DNA of 64,000 nucleotides from Lentisphaeria bacterium (GTDB lineage Bacteria > Verrucomicrobiota > Lentisphaeria > Victivallales > UBA1829): NCBI GenBank assembly GCA_017646015.1, contig JAGCNI010000010.1, forward strand, positions 262 to 64,261, given 5' to 3'. The position numbers were made by a program, and so were the translations under genes. Positions 1 to 9,085 of the stretch are shown here, one piece after another. Numbering within the stretch: position 1 is the first letter of the stretch; each line of letters starts with the position of its first letter. The notes beneath the pieces are model-generated. The model worked only from the letters and a program-made list of their open reading frames with translations. It was not told where the DNA came from and did not search any database.

Positions 1-3
1 GCG

Positions 4-2250
4 TTGAAAGAGTTGCAGGAATTTTTGAAGAAAGCATCCGGGGTGGATTTCAAAGTTGCTGCTTCTGCACAGGCTCCGGCGGCGAAACGTATTTTTCTCG
101 GGATCTCCGATGCAGCATTGAAGATTCTGGGAAAAGATCCCCGTACCGGACTGAAAGATCAGGAACATTGCGTGAAAACTCTCGGCAGCGATCTTTTCCT
201 GTATGGCAAGGGCAGTTGGGGAGATATGTTTGCGGTGTATGACTATCTTGAAAATGTACTTGGTTTCCGTTGGTTTGATCCCCGTGGAGGAGTCAAAGTT
301 CCGGACTGCCGTAATCTTGAATGGAAAAAGATCGACCGCCGCATTGCGTTCTCCATTCCCTACCGTGCCGCGACCGGATATTGGATCTATCACAGACCGT
401 ATGCTCATCTCTTTTTCCTGAGAAATCGTCAGAATTATTCCTATATCCCGCGGTTCCTGAGAGAGAAAGGGATCCTGATTCCGGAGTCTGGCGATCTTAC
501 CGCTTATGGAACACATACTTTGCCTTCGTACATTCCCGGCACCGCCAACCGGAATGTTTACAAACCTTTCAAATGGTTGAAAAATCAGAACTACTGGAAG
601 ACCAATCCTGAGTTTTTCGGTATCCGTGAAAATGGCAAACGCAATGGCGGAAGTCATCTTTGTTTCTCGAATGCGGAATTGCGTAAGGAATTGACTGCAA
701 ATTTATTGGAAAATATGCGTCTGCAGCCGGAATGTAAAGTTTTTTCCTTGGGCACACATGACTCTCCGGGACGTTTCTGTTTTTGTGAAAACTGTATTGC
801 TCTGGAAAAGAAATACGGTTGTCTCGGCGGAGCTTATTTTGATTGTCTGATCGAACTCAGCAAAGAAGTTGCCAAAAAATATCCGGAAAATAAAATTTCT
901 TTTCTGGTGTACCGCAAAGCCCAATCTCAGAAACCTCCGCAGAATCTCCGGAAACTGCCCGCCAACCTGATGCCGGTGTTTGCTCCGATCGATGACGATT
1001 TCGGAAAATCCTGGAAAGATCCTGTCAATGCCGGCTCCGCAGAGGATTTGAAAAATTGGGGAAAAATTTCTTCCAATCTTGGAATCTGGTATTATCCCAA
1101 TCCGTACAGTGGGGATATTACTCCGCCGATCGGCAATATCAACCGGCTTGTTACAGACATCAAGTTCATGGTTGCTGCGGGCATGACCCATGCTTTCTTT
1201 GAACACAATGTGGGTGTCTGCAACATGATTGGATTTACGGAATTGCAGAGTTATCTGATCCTTCAGCTGTTCAAAGATGTCAAACAGGATCCTGAAGTGC
1301 TGATTTCTGAATTCATGGAATTTGAATATGGAAAAGCAGCTCCGCTGATGCAGAAATATTTGAAAGATCTTGAAAAATCGACAGCAGAAAACAAGATGTT
1401 CATGCTCTGGAATGCCTCCGATAATGCCTATCTTCATCTGACCGCTGAAAATATGGTTCGCTGGTATGGCTGGTTCAATGAAATGGATTCTCTTGTGAAA
1501 AACGATCCTGTCCGGCGCGACAATGTGAACCGTGTGCGTCTGAATCTGGAATATGCCATGCTGATGCGTTACAACCGAATCATCAAAGCCTATCCGGATT
1601 TCAAGATCAAACCGCAGGAATTGGCAGATACTGTGCTTGCCCGTTTCAAGAAAACAATTGCTGATTTCTATGGAAACAGTTTCAAATTCCGCTCTGATGC
1701 TTCTTTGAAAGCCTTGAATGATAAAATCGGAAATGCGTTGATCCAGGCAGGAAAAGAGGGCAAACCGCTGCCTGCTGCGATCTTCGGAAAATATAAAGCC
1801 GATCAGATCATCCAGACTGTTCCGAGAACCCGGGGCCGGGATTTGCAGAATGATAAAGATGCCGCATGGGGTGTGGCAGCTCTGTTGAAGGAAAAACCGG
1901 CACCCGCATTGGTGCTGCCGTTTGTTCTCAATATCTATGACTATGCCAACCGGAAATATTATCCGAATATCTTCCGGATCCGGAAAGAACAGATCGGTCC
2001 GCGCGGACAGTATCAGATCTACAAAGTCGGTAATGTCCGGACAATTTCTGCGGACTGCAATCTGCGATTCGGGAAAGACAGCTGGTATGAGATGCAGGCG
2101 AATCTCGGCGAGGCGTATGAAATGGGTTCCCTGAATAAGGTGCAGATCTATGCTTCGTTGAAATTTGAAGGTCCGCTGTACTATGCTGAAGATGCGGGGA
2201 AAGAGAACAAGGTTTATTGTGACCGTGTGATCATTGTTAAAAATCCCTGA
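4..2250 (+). CDS. DUF4838 domain-containing protein (putative glycoside hydrolase-like), 5'-truncated by the window edge
   Basis: 748-aa ORF. N-terminal alpha-glucuronidase/hexosaminidase-like segment (ELQEFLKKASG...AVYDYLENVLGFRWF) followed by DUF4838-type motifs (HLCFSNAELR, FCFCENC, LKNWGKIS, YGKAAPLM). Confidence 0.7.
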   Translation: MKELQEFLKKASGVDFKVAASAQAPAAKRIFLGISDAALKILGKDPRTGLKDQEHCVKTLGSDLFLYGKGSWGDMFAVYDYLENVLGFRWFDPRGGVKVPDCRNLEWKKIDRRIAFSIPYRAATGYWIYHRPYAHLFFLRNRQNYSYIPRFLREKGILIPESGDLTAYGTHTLPSYIPGTANRNVYKPFKWLKNQNYWKTNPEFFGIRENGKRNGGSHLCFSNAELRKELTANLLENMRLQPECKVFSLGTHDSPGRFCFCENCIALEKKYGCLGGAYFDCLIELSKEVAKKYPENKISFLVYRKAQSQKPPQNLRKLPANLMPVFAPIDDDFGKSWKDPVNAGSAEDLKNWGKISSNLGIWYYPNPYSGDITPPIGNINRLVTDIKFMVAAGMTHAFFEHNVGVCNMIGFTELQSYLILQLFKDVKQDPEVLISEFMEFEYGKAAPLMQKYLKDLEKSTAENKMFMLWNASDNAYLHLTAENMVRWYGWFNEMDSLVKNDPVRRDNVNRVRLNLEYAMLMRYNRIIKAYPDFKIKPQELADTVLARFKKTIADFYGNSFKFRSDASLKALNDKIGNALIQAGKEGKPLPAAIFGKYKADQIIQTVPRTRGRDLQNDKDAAWGVAALLKEKPAPALVLPFVLNIYDYANRKYYPNIFRIRKEQIGPRGQYQIYKVGNVRTISADCNLRFGKDSWYEMQANLGEAYEMGSLNKVQIYASLKFEGPLYYAEDAGKENKVYCDRVIIVKNP

Positions 2251-2274
2251 AAAATCATTTTTGATCGAAATCAT

Positions 2275-2309
2275 AAAAAAGATCCGGTTGTTGTGCCGGA
2301 TCTTTTTTT
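2275..2309. terminator. Intrinsic, probably bidirectional terminator
   Basis: AAAAAA-GATCCGG-ttgttgtg-CCGGATC-TTTTTTT just after the DUF4838 stop. Confidence 0.85.
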
Positions 2310-2332
2310 ATTATGGAAGTTGCTGAAGACTC

Positions 2333-2360
2333 TTGCACTTTGCGGGAAATGCTGTATGTT
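2333..2360 (+). promoter_or_regulatory. Putative sigma70 promoter of rlmI
   Basis: TTGCAC-16 bp-TATGTT upstream of ATG 2395. Confidence 0.4.
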
Positions 2361-2394
2361 ATCAGATATATTTTTATGAAAGGAATCTGATTGT

Positions 2395-3585
2395 ATGTAT
2401 GATATTATTTTGAAACAGGGAAAAGAACGTTCATTTCAACGCCGTCATCCGTGGGTTTTTTCCGGGGCATTGTCAAAGATTCCGCAGGGAGTAGGCAATG
2501 GTGAGACAGTACGTGTGTTGAGTTCTCAGGGGGAATTCCTCGGTTATGGAGCTTATTCCGCAACATCTTCCATCGCAATCAGGATCTGGTCATTTGATAT
2601 CAATGATTTGCCGGGATATGATTTTTTTGAACGGAAATTCAGAGCCGCATTGACTTTCCGCAAAATCATTTTCAACAATGTACTGCCGGATTCATACCGT
2701 CTTGTTCATGCGGAATCCGATGGTTTGCCGGGTGTGATCGTGGATATCTATCCGGGATTTGCTGTTTGCCAGTTGTCCACCGCCGGTGCTGATTATTTCA
2801 GAAATGAGATCGCTGATGCGTTGTATTGTGTGACCGGCTGCAATGTATATGAACGATCTGATGTTGACAGCCGGAAACGGGAGGGATTGCCGGATGTGAA
2901 AGGTCTTTTGAAAGGAGTTGAACCTCCTGAATTTATTGAATTTACAGAAAACGGGATCCGTTTCCGCAGTTCGTTGAAAGAGGGGCATAAAACCGGATTT
3001 TATCTGGATCAGCGTGTGAACCGTCAGGTTGTATCCTCTGCGGCTGCCGGGTGCGGGGATGTTTTGAATTGTTTCAGTTATACCGGAGGTTTCGGGTTGG
3101 CTGCGTTACATGGCGGAGCTCATCATGTATTGAATGTGGATTCCTCCGGAGCGGCATTGGAGTTTGCCTGTTCCAATGCACAGCTCAATGGTTTTTCTAC
3201 GGAACAATTTTCTGTTGAAGACGCCGATGTATTCCAGTTTTTGCGGAAATGCCGTGATTCCCGGAAGAGTTTTGATATGATCATATTGGATCCGCCGAAA
3301 CTTGCGGAAACGATCAAACAGCGTGACAAAGCAGCACGAGCTTATAAAGATTTGAACCTGTTGGGATTCAAATTGTTGCGACCGGGCGGAAAATTATTCA
3401 CCTTTTCCTGTTCCGGAGCGATGGATGATGATCTTTTTGAAAAAGTTGTTTGCAGTGCTGCACAGGATGCCAATGTCAATTTCCGAATTATTCAACATCT
3501 TGCCCAGGCTCCGGATCATGCTGTTTCCGGATTTTTCCCGGAAGGACATTATCTGAAAGGACTGTATCTGATCCGGACAGAATAA
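2395..3585 (+). CDS. rlmI: 23S rRNA m5C1962 methyltransferase RlmI family
   Basis: RRHPWVFSGA (PUA domain), ESDGLPG, GHKTGFYLDQR, LNCFSYTGGF, IILDPP, TFSCSG, PEGHYLKG motifs. Confidence 0.9.
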   Translation: MYDIILKQGKERSFQRRHPWVFSGALSKIPQGVGNGETVRVLSSQGEFLGYGAYSATSSIAIRIWSFDINDLPGYDFFERKFRAALTFRKIIFNNVLPDSYRLVHAESDGLPGVIVDIYPGFAVCQLSTAGADYFRNEIADALYCVTGCNVYERSDVDSRKREGLPDVKGLLKGVEPPEFIEFTENGIRFRSSLKEGHKTGFYLDQRVNRQVVSSAAAGCGDVLNCFSYTGGFGLAALHGGAHHVLNVDSSGAALEFACSNAQLNGFSTEQFSVEDADVFQFLRKCRDSRKSFDMIILDPPKLAETIKQRDKAARAYKDLNLLGFKLLRPGGKLFTFSCSGAMDDDLFEKVVCSAAQDANVNFRIIQHLAQAPDHAVSGFFPEGHYLKGLYLIRTE

Positions 3586-3664
3586 GAGAAAATACTGTTT
3601 TATCGAGTGTTGGAATCAGAAAACAGAGTGTGGAAATTAAAAATCATGTGGTTTAAAACAAAAA

Positions 3665-3738
3665 TGGCTGCCCGACCAGGATTCGAACCTAGACAAACTG
3701 AACCAGAATCAGTTGTGCTACCGTTACACCATCGGGCA
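3665..3738 (-). tRNA. tRNA-Gln (anticodon CTG)
   Basis: Reverse complement TGCCCGATGGTGTAACGGTAGCACAACTGATTCTGGTTCAGTTTGTCTAGGTTCGAATCCTGGTCGGGCAGCCA: acceptor stem, anticodon arm ACTGA-TT-CTG-GT-TCAGT, TTCGAAT T-loop, encoded CCA. Confidence 0.95.
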
Positions 3739-3750
3739 GATTATGGCATT

Positions 3751-3778
3751 AATATACCAACGATTTTTAATTTTTCAA
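3751..3778 (-). promoter_or_regulatory. Putative promoter of tRNA-Gln
   Basis: Minus strand TTGAAA-16 bp-TATATT just upstream of the tRNA 5' end. Confidence 0.5.
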
Positions 3779-4011
3779 GCGGGAAAGTGAAAAAAAATCA
3801 AAAAAAATTAAAGTTATAAATTTTCTTGTTTTTTCGTTTTGTCATAACTTCTGAATACAACGATGTTTCCGGCGGAAGAATACTCTGAAGAGAAAAACGT
3901 TGTTTTTCAAAAAAAGAGCTTGATCATGAAAGAAAACGGCGGATTTATTATAAAATAAAGAGAAAAACCGGAAAAAAGAGAGATATTTGCACTTATTTCT
4001 CCCGTTGCCGC

Positions 4012-4040
4012 TTGACATCATCCCTATTGCAGGGTAAATT
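4012..4040 (+). promoter_or_regulatory. sigma70 promoter of rpsA
   Basis: TTGACA-17 bp-TAAATT. Confidence 0.7.
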
Positions 4041-4133
4041 ACTTGATTGATAAGGAAGGTGTATTCCGGTAGGTTGCCGGAATGCAGGGTGTTTTCTAAA
4101 CTCAACAAACTTAACTAAAGAAAAACAAACAAC

Positions 4134-5876
4134 ATGTCTGAAGCACAAAACAACACAAAGAGCTACGTCGATCTGAGCAACAATCTTTCCATGGAAGAAC
4201 TTCTCGGCGGCGCCTCCGCCTCCAGCAGCTTTGCTGAAGGATCCATCGTAACCGGTAAAATCGTAGAAAAACGTCAGGATGGAGCCCTCGTTGACATCGG
4301 TTACAAAGCCGAAGGTTTCATTGCCAGCACTGAATTCCGCAACTGGGAAGAAGTCAAAAACGGCGACGAACTTGATGTGTTTCTCGAAGCAATCGAAAAC
4401 GAAAGCAACATGCCGGAAATCAGCCTCTCCAAGGCTAATTTCATCCGCTCCTGGGAAAAAATCACCTCTGAATACGGTGAAGGCAGCGTGATCAACGGTC
4501 TGATGAAACATCGTGTCAAAGGCGGTATCATCATCGATCTCAATGGCGTTGAAGCATTCCTCCCGGGTTCCCAGATCGATATCGGTCCGGTCAAGAACAT
4601 GGATGAATTCATCGGCAAAGAATATGAACTCAAGATCCTCAAGATCAATCAGGAACGCAAAAACATCGTTGTTTCCCGTCGCGCTCTCCTCGAAGAATCC
4701 CGCAAGGATCGCCGCTCTGCTCTCCTCAAGGAAATGGAAGTCGGTCAGCTTCGCAACGGTACTGTCAAAAACATCACTGACTTCGGTGCATTCATCGATC
4801 TCGGCGGCGTTGACGGCCTTCTGCACATCACCGATATGTCCTGGGGCAGAATCTCTCATCCCTCCGAAATGCTTGAACTCAGTCAGGAAATCGAAGTCAT
4901 GGTCCTCGATATCGACTTTGACAAAGAACGCGTTTCCCTGGGTCTCAAACAGAAATCTCAGAATCCGTGGGATGAAGTTGAAACCAAATATGCAATCGGC
5001 AGCGTAGTGAAAGGCCGTATCGTCAACATCATGCCCTATGGCGCATTCGTCGAAATCGAACAGGGTGTTGAAGGTCTGATCCACGTCTCCGAAATGTCCT
5101 GGACCAAACGCGTTACCAAAGCAGGCGATGTCGTCAGCGTTGGTGAAGAAGTCGAAGCAGTTGTCCTCGACATTGATAAAGAAGGCAAGAAGATCTCTCT
5201 CGGTCTCCGTCAGAAGACCCGTAATCCGTGGGAAGTTCTCGCTGAAAAATATCCTGCCGGAAGCCGCATCAAAGGTAAAGTCCGCAACATGACCAGCTAT
5301 GGTGCATTCGTTGAAATCGAAAACGATATCGACGGTATGATCCACGTCTCCGACATGTCCTGGACACGCAAGATCAACAACCCGAACGAAGTTCTCAAAG
5401 TCGGTGATGAAGTTGATGCTGTTATCCTCGACATCGATCCTCAGCAGCAGCGTATCTCCCTCGGTCTCAAACAGACCGAAGATGATCCGTGGTCTGAAAT
5501 CGAAAACCTTTACAAGATCGGTGATGTTGTCAAAGGTAAAGTCACCAAGATCACTGCTTTCGGTGCATTTATCGAACTTTCCCGCAAGATCGACGGTCTG
5601 GTCCACATTTCCCAGATCAGCAAAGATCACGTTGAAAAGGTCAAAGATAAACTCAACCTCAATCAGGAAATCGAAGCTCGTGTCATCAAGATCGACAAAG
5701 ATGAACGCCGTATCGGATTGAGCATCAAAGCTCTTGAAGAAGGCTACACCGAAGATGATCTGAAAGCCGCTGGCGAAGAAGTTTCCGCAGCTCTGAAACC
5801 GGGCATGGATCTGGTTGACATGGGCAAGGTCCTTGACAGTGCTCTCGATGGTCTCGACATCGAAGAAGAAAAATAA
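4134..5876 (+). CDS. rpsA: 30S ribosomal protein S1
   Basis: Six S1 repeats (VKNITDFGAFIDLGGVDGLLHITDMSW, YGAFVEIEQGVEGLIHVSEMSW, etc.); codon usage of a highly expressed gene. Confidence 0.97.
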   Translation: MSEAQNNTKSYVDLSNNLSMEELLGGASASSSFAEGSIVTGKIVEKRQDGALVDIGYKAEGFIASTEFRNWEEVKNGDELDVFLEAIENESNMPEISLSKANFIRSWEKITSEYGEGSVINGLMKHRVKGGIIIDLNGVEAFLPGSQIDIGPVKNMDEFIGKEYELKILKINQERKNIVVSRRALLEESRKDRRSALLKEMEVGQLRNGTVKNITDFGAFIDLGGVDGLLHITDMSWGRISHPSEMLELSQEIEVMVLDIDFDKERVSLGLKQKSQNPWDEVETKYAIGSVVKGRIVNIMPYGAFVEIEQGVEGLIHVSEMSWTKRVTKAGDVVSVGEEVEAVVLDIDKEGKKISLGLRQKTRNPWEVLAEKYPAGSRIKGKVRNMTSYGAFVEIENDIDGMIHVSDMSWTRKINNPNEVLKVGDEVDAVILDIDPQQQRISLGLKQTEDDPWSEIENLYKIGDVVKGKVTKITAFGAFIELSRKIDGLVHISQISKDHVEKVKDKLNLNQEIEARVIKIDKDERRIGLSIKALEEGYTEDDLKAAGEEVSAALKPGMDLVDMGKVLDSALDGLDIEEEK

Positions 5877-5916
5877 TCATCTTTCATAAATATTCAGCGC
5901 AGGAGGGCTGTTCGCA

Positions 5917-7056
5917 ATGGATGATAACGGAAAAAATGGTCAGTTGACTTTTGATTTCGGAACAGATTTTGAATCTGTGAACAGTACTCCTGAGTTGGAA
6001 GAAGAGGATCTGCAAGTCGAACAGGAAGAGATTCCCGGATTGGCAGATCCTGATGAAGATGAAGATAAGCAGATCGCAGAATTTATGTGGGAGGAACGTG
6101 TTTCTTCCGCAGAGGATCCTGCGGTCTCTTTTGTTTCTGATGAACAGAATGTACCGGAAACTTCTGCAGCTGAAGTGGAAGTTTCTGTTCCGGAAGAAAC
6201 AGAAAAAGTCCCAGCCGTTGAAAACGGGACTGCTGTTGAAGAAACAGTTATGGAAACGGAATCTTCTGTGGCGGCGGAAGAGATCATTATTGTAAAGGAA
6301 GCCGCACAGAAAAAAATCACATTGAACCGTCAGAATCTGAAACGTGCGGCGTTGGCTTTTCTGGCTTCGTTGAAACCTGCCGGAGCAGCGTTGGATGTGA
6401 TCACCCGGAATCAGCGTTACCGTGCGGATGCTGCGGCTTTCTGGCTTGCAGCGGCAAACCGGAAATCATCCAGTGTCAACCGGACAGCTCTTGTGGAAGT
6501 CCGGACAGAATCTGAAACGGTATTGGAGTATTCCGGCAAAACGGAACAGTTGAATCTGTTGCGTCTTGCCAGATTGAAAAAGGAATCTCTGGAAGAAGAA
6601 ATCCGCCGTACAGAGCCGGATTTGAAAGAGAGAACTACTTTATTTTCTGAATTTGAACAATGGAATTATTCCGCCAGCCGGAATTCAGCCTATCGAGAAT
6701 GTCTCCGTCAGATCGAACTGTTGGAACGGGCATTGTATAAGGGCAGCCGTTCGGAACGGATCCGTTCAGCGAATGCCGCATCGGAATTATATCTGGTTGT
6801 GCCTGAAAATTCGATTGATCCTGCCGTAGTTGCTGATGGCTGGGGAGTTGTTTTTGTTGATTCCCGCTTGCGCTTCCGTCTGGTGAAAGAAGCGGAATGC
6901 CGGGATTGTTCCCGTGAAAATATGGATCGTCTTGCTTTGAATATTGCGGCAGCGTCATTGGAACATGTTTATTTTGCCAATGGGATATTCTGCGGAGGGA
7001 ATGACTCTGAACCTGTGGTTGGACCTCTTCCCCGAAAAAGACGTCGATCCTGTTGA
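5917..7056 (+). CDS. Hypothetical protein: acidic low-complexity N-terminus plus PD-(D/E)XK/MmcB-like C-terminal domain
   Basis: First ~130 aa are E/D-rich. C-terminal part has YRADAAAFW...LVEVR...ELYLVVPE...DGWGVVFV, resembling MmcB-like restriction-endonuclease folds. Confidence 0.5.
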   Translation: MDDNGKNGQLTFDFGTDFESVNSTPELEEEDLQVEQEEIPGLADPDEDEDKQIAEFMWEERVSSAEDPAVSFVSDEQNVPETSAAEVEVSVPEETEKVPAVENGTAVEETVMETESSVAAEEIIIVKEAAQKKITLNRQNLKRAALAFLASLKPAGAALDVITRNQRYRADAAAFWLAAANRKSSSVNRTALVEVRTESETVLEYSGKTEQLNLLRLARLKKESLEEEIRRTEPDLKERTTLFSEFEQWNYSASRNSAYRECLRQIELLERALYKGSRSERIRSANAASELYLVVPENSIDPAVVADGWGVVFVDSRLRFRLVKEAECRDCSRENMDRLALNIAAASLEHVYFANGIFCGGNDSEPVVGPLPRKRRRSC

Positions 7057-8072
7057 TCCCTGGAGTATCTATGGGAAAAATTTTTGCATATTTTATCTAT
7101 CTTTTAACGCAAGCGGTCACAACTGCAGTCGGTTGGATGAGCCGCAAGACTTTGCGCCGTACAGCTTCTTTCATTGGCTGGGTAATGTATATCATTCCCG
7201 GTTTCGGTTCTTTATGTCGCAAGAATATCCATGCTGCCTTTCCTGAAATGCCGGATGAAAAAGTCCGGGAAACAGCGTTGAAAAGTCTTCAGAATCTGGT
7301 TTTGACATTAGAGGAATTTTTCTGGATCCAGAGACATCCGGAAAAGTTTACAGAATATCTTGACCGTCAGGATTGCGAGGAGTGCTGTCTGGCGGGTTTG
7401 GCGCATACCGCTTCCGGCAAGAGTGCGATCCTTGTCACTCCTCATCTTGGAAATTGGGAATTCGCAGGCAGAACGCTTGCATCTTATTATAAATTCCGTA
7501 TGGCGACAGTTGTCCGCTCTTCCCGGAATCCTTATCTTGACAAGCTGATCAGTGACGGACGCAAATCGGGCGATGTGAAGATCATTTTTTCCAAAGGTGC
7601 GGCGAAAGCGATGCATCATGCGATGAATGACGGCTATGCGATCGGAATTCTGATCGATCAGAATACCCGTGTCCGTCATGGAGGTGTTTTTGTCAACATG
7701 TTCGGCTTGCCGGTTCCTGTGAGCCGTGCACCTGCTGTGCTTGCCAAAGGGAAAGATTGTTTTATCGCAGTCGGTACCGTTCTGCGTGACGGGGATCGTT
7801 ACCGTGCGATCCTCCGGCAGTTGCCAAAACCGTCCAGTGAATATGCTTCTGATGAGGAACTGATTCAGGCGATCACGATAATTTCAGAAGAATTCATCCG
7901 TATGGCTCCGGAGCAGTATTTGTGGATGTATAAACGTTTTCAGTATATTCCGCCGGATGTTTCAGAGGAAGTCCGGAAACGTTTTCCGGATTATGCGATT
8001 GAAACCACTCCCAGTTTTTATTCCAATGCGGAGCGTCGCTGCAATAAGAAACGGAACAAAGACTGGCAGTGA
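7053..8072 (+). CDS. Lipid A biosynthesis acyltransferase (LpxL/HtrB family); alternative start ATG 7071
   Basis: HLGNWE (HX4E) motif, GILIDQ, PEQYLWMYKRF C-terminal motif. Confidence 0.85.
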   Translation: MIPGVSMGKIFAYFIYLLTQAVTTAVGWMSRKTLRRTASFIGWVMYIIPGFGSLCRKNIHAAFPEMPDEKVRETALKSLQNLVLTLEEFFWIQRHPEKFTEYLDRQDCEECCLAGLAHTASGKSAILVTPHLGNWEFAGRTLASYYKFRMATVVRSSRNPYLDKLISDGRKSGDVKIIFSKGAAKAMHHAMNDGYAIGILIDQNTRVRHGGVFVNMFGLPVPVSRAPAVLAKGKDCFIAVGTVLRDGDRYRAILRQLPKPSSEYASDEELIQAITIISEEFIRMAPEQYLWMYKRFQYIPPDVSEEVRKRFPDYAIETTPSFYSNAERRCNKKRNKDWQ

Positions 8073-8261
8073 AGTTTCAGGTTTTTTGTTTCAAAATTGT
8101 ATTTTTCTGATCTGCTGCATCTGTTTTGATTTTCAATTTTGAAAAATCGGCATATTCTCCAATAAAAATTCTGTTTTTCTATTTGTAACAATGGAAAAAA
8201 AAGTGTTTGGGTGTATATTATTTTATCTGTGATAAAATTTTGAGGAAAGAGAGATACAGAA

Positions 8262-9008
8262 ATGGAACCGGTGCTGGAAAAGAAACAGAAGAAATACAAG
8301 ATTCCGCTTTGGGGGATCCTGATTATTTTTCTGGTGATCCTTGCCGCTTTTGTATTTCTGATCTGGTGGACTGTATGCAGTATGTTTGCGGGAAATTCCC
8401 GATTCACTCTTCAGAAAGTATTTGTGGAGAGCAGCGGCTACTGGAAAGGCAGACGGCAGCAGATTTGCGAAATTCTGCGGATCCGTCCGGGTTCGACCAA
8501 TCTGTTTCAAATGGATCCGAAGATGATGCGGGAACGTCTGCTTCAGCGGGAGGCTTCCATGCAGCGGGTTGAAGTTCGCCGTATTCTGCCGGATACCTTG
8601 AATGTATCGATTCTGGAACGGATTCCTGTGGCATTGATCAATACGCCCCGTTCTCTGCATGTGGTGGATTCTGAATCGGTTCTGATGTATAAGAATCGTT
8701 GTATGAATATATCCTACAGTCTTCCTGTGATCGTGGGACTCCGGAATATGTCCAGTTATCCGGTTGGCAGCAGGATCAATGCATTGGATCGTGCGGTTGA
8801 ACTGATCATGCTGACAAAGACAGCGTATCCTTCGATCCGGATCCGGAGCATTTCCATTCAGAAACCCGGACAGTTGGTTTGTGCTGTTTATTACAAACAC
8901 AATGTTCAGCAGGGCGAGATGTTCCGTGTTGTGATGCCGGATACTGATCTCAACCGCAAGCTGCAGGAACTGGTTGCCGCCTTGGAAGATATCCGCAAAA
9001 AGAAATAG
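8262..9008 (+). CDS. ftsQ: Cell division protein FtsQ/DivIB family (POTRA); frame continues past TAG 9006 to TGA 9089
   Basis: Short basic N-terminus, single TM, then NLFQMD...VEVRRILPDTLNVSILERIPVA (POTRA/beta-domain signature) and LPVIVG. Confidence 0.75.
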   Translation: MEPVLEKKQKKYKIPLWGILIIFLVILAAFVFLIWWTVCSMFAGNSRFTLQKVFVESSGYWKGRRQQICEILRIRPGSTNLFQMDPKMMRERLLQREASMQRVEVRRILPDTLNVSILERIPVALINTPRSLHVVDSESVLMYKNRCMNISYSLPVIVGLRNMSSYPVGSRINALDRAVELIMLTKTAYPSIRIRSISIQKPGQLVCAVYYKHNVQQGEMFRVVMPDTDLNRKLQELVAALEDIRKKK

Positions 9009-9085
9009 CCGCGACGTAATATCAATCTGATGTTCCGCGGGATGGCGATCATTACGAGTGTAAGAGATATATCTCAAGGTGATTC

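Noticed and set aside
703-2274. 523-aa ORF antisense to the DUF4838 gene (also 51686-52834 opposite leuB, 29692-30705 and similar)
   Set aside because: These fully overlap well-supported genes on the other strand and have no protein-like motifs.
3586-3665. Genomic island integrated at the tRNA-Gln 3' end
   Set aside because: The flank is housekeeping rlmI; no duplicated tRNA 3' end or integrase seen.
3607-3819. 70-aa ORF containing MAARPGFEPRQTEPESVVLPLHHRA
   Set aside because: This is the translated antisense of tRNA-Gln.
3993-5630. 545-aa ORF antisense to rpsA
   Set aside because: Same antisense-shadow effect; rpsA is unambiguous on the plus strand.
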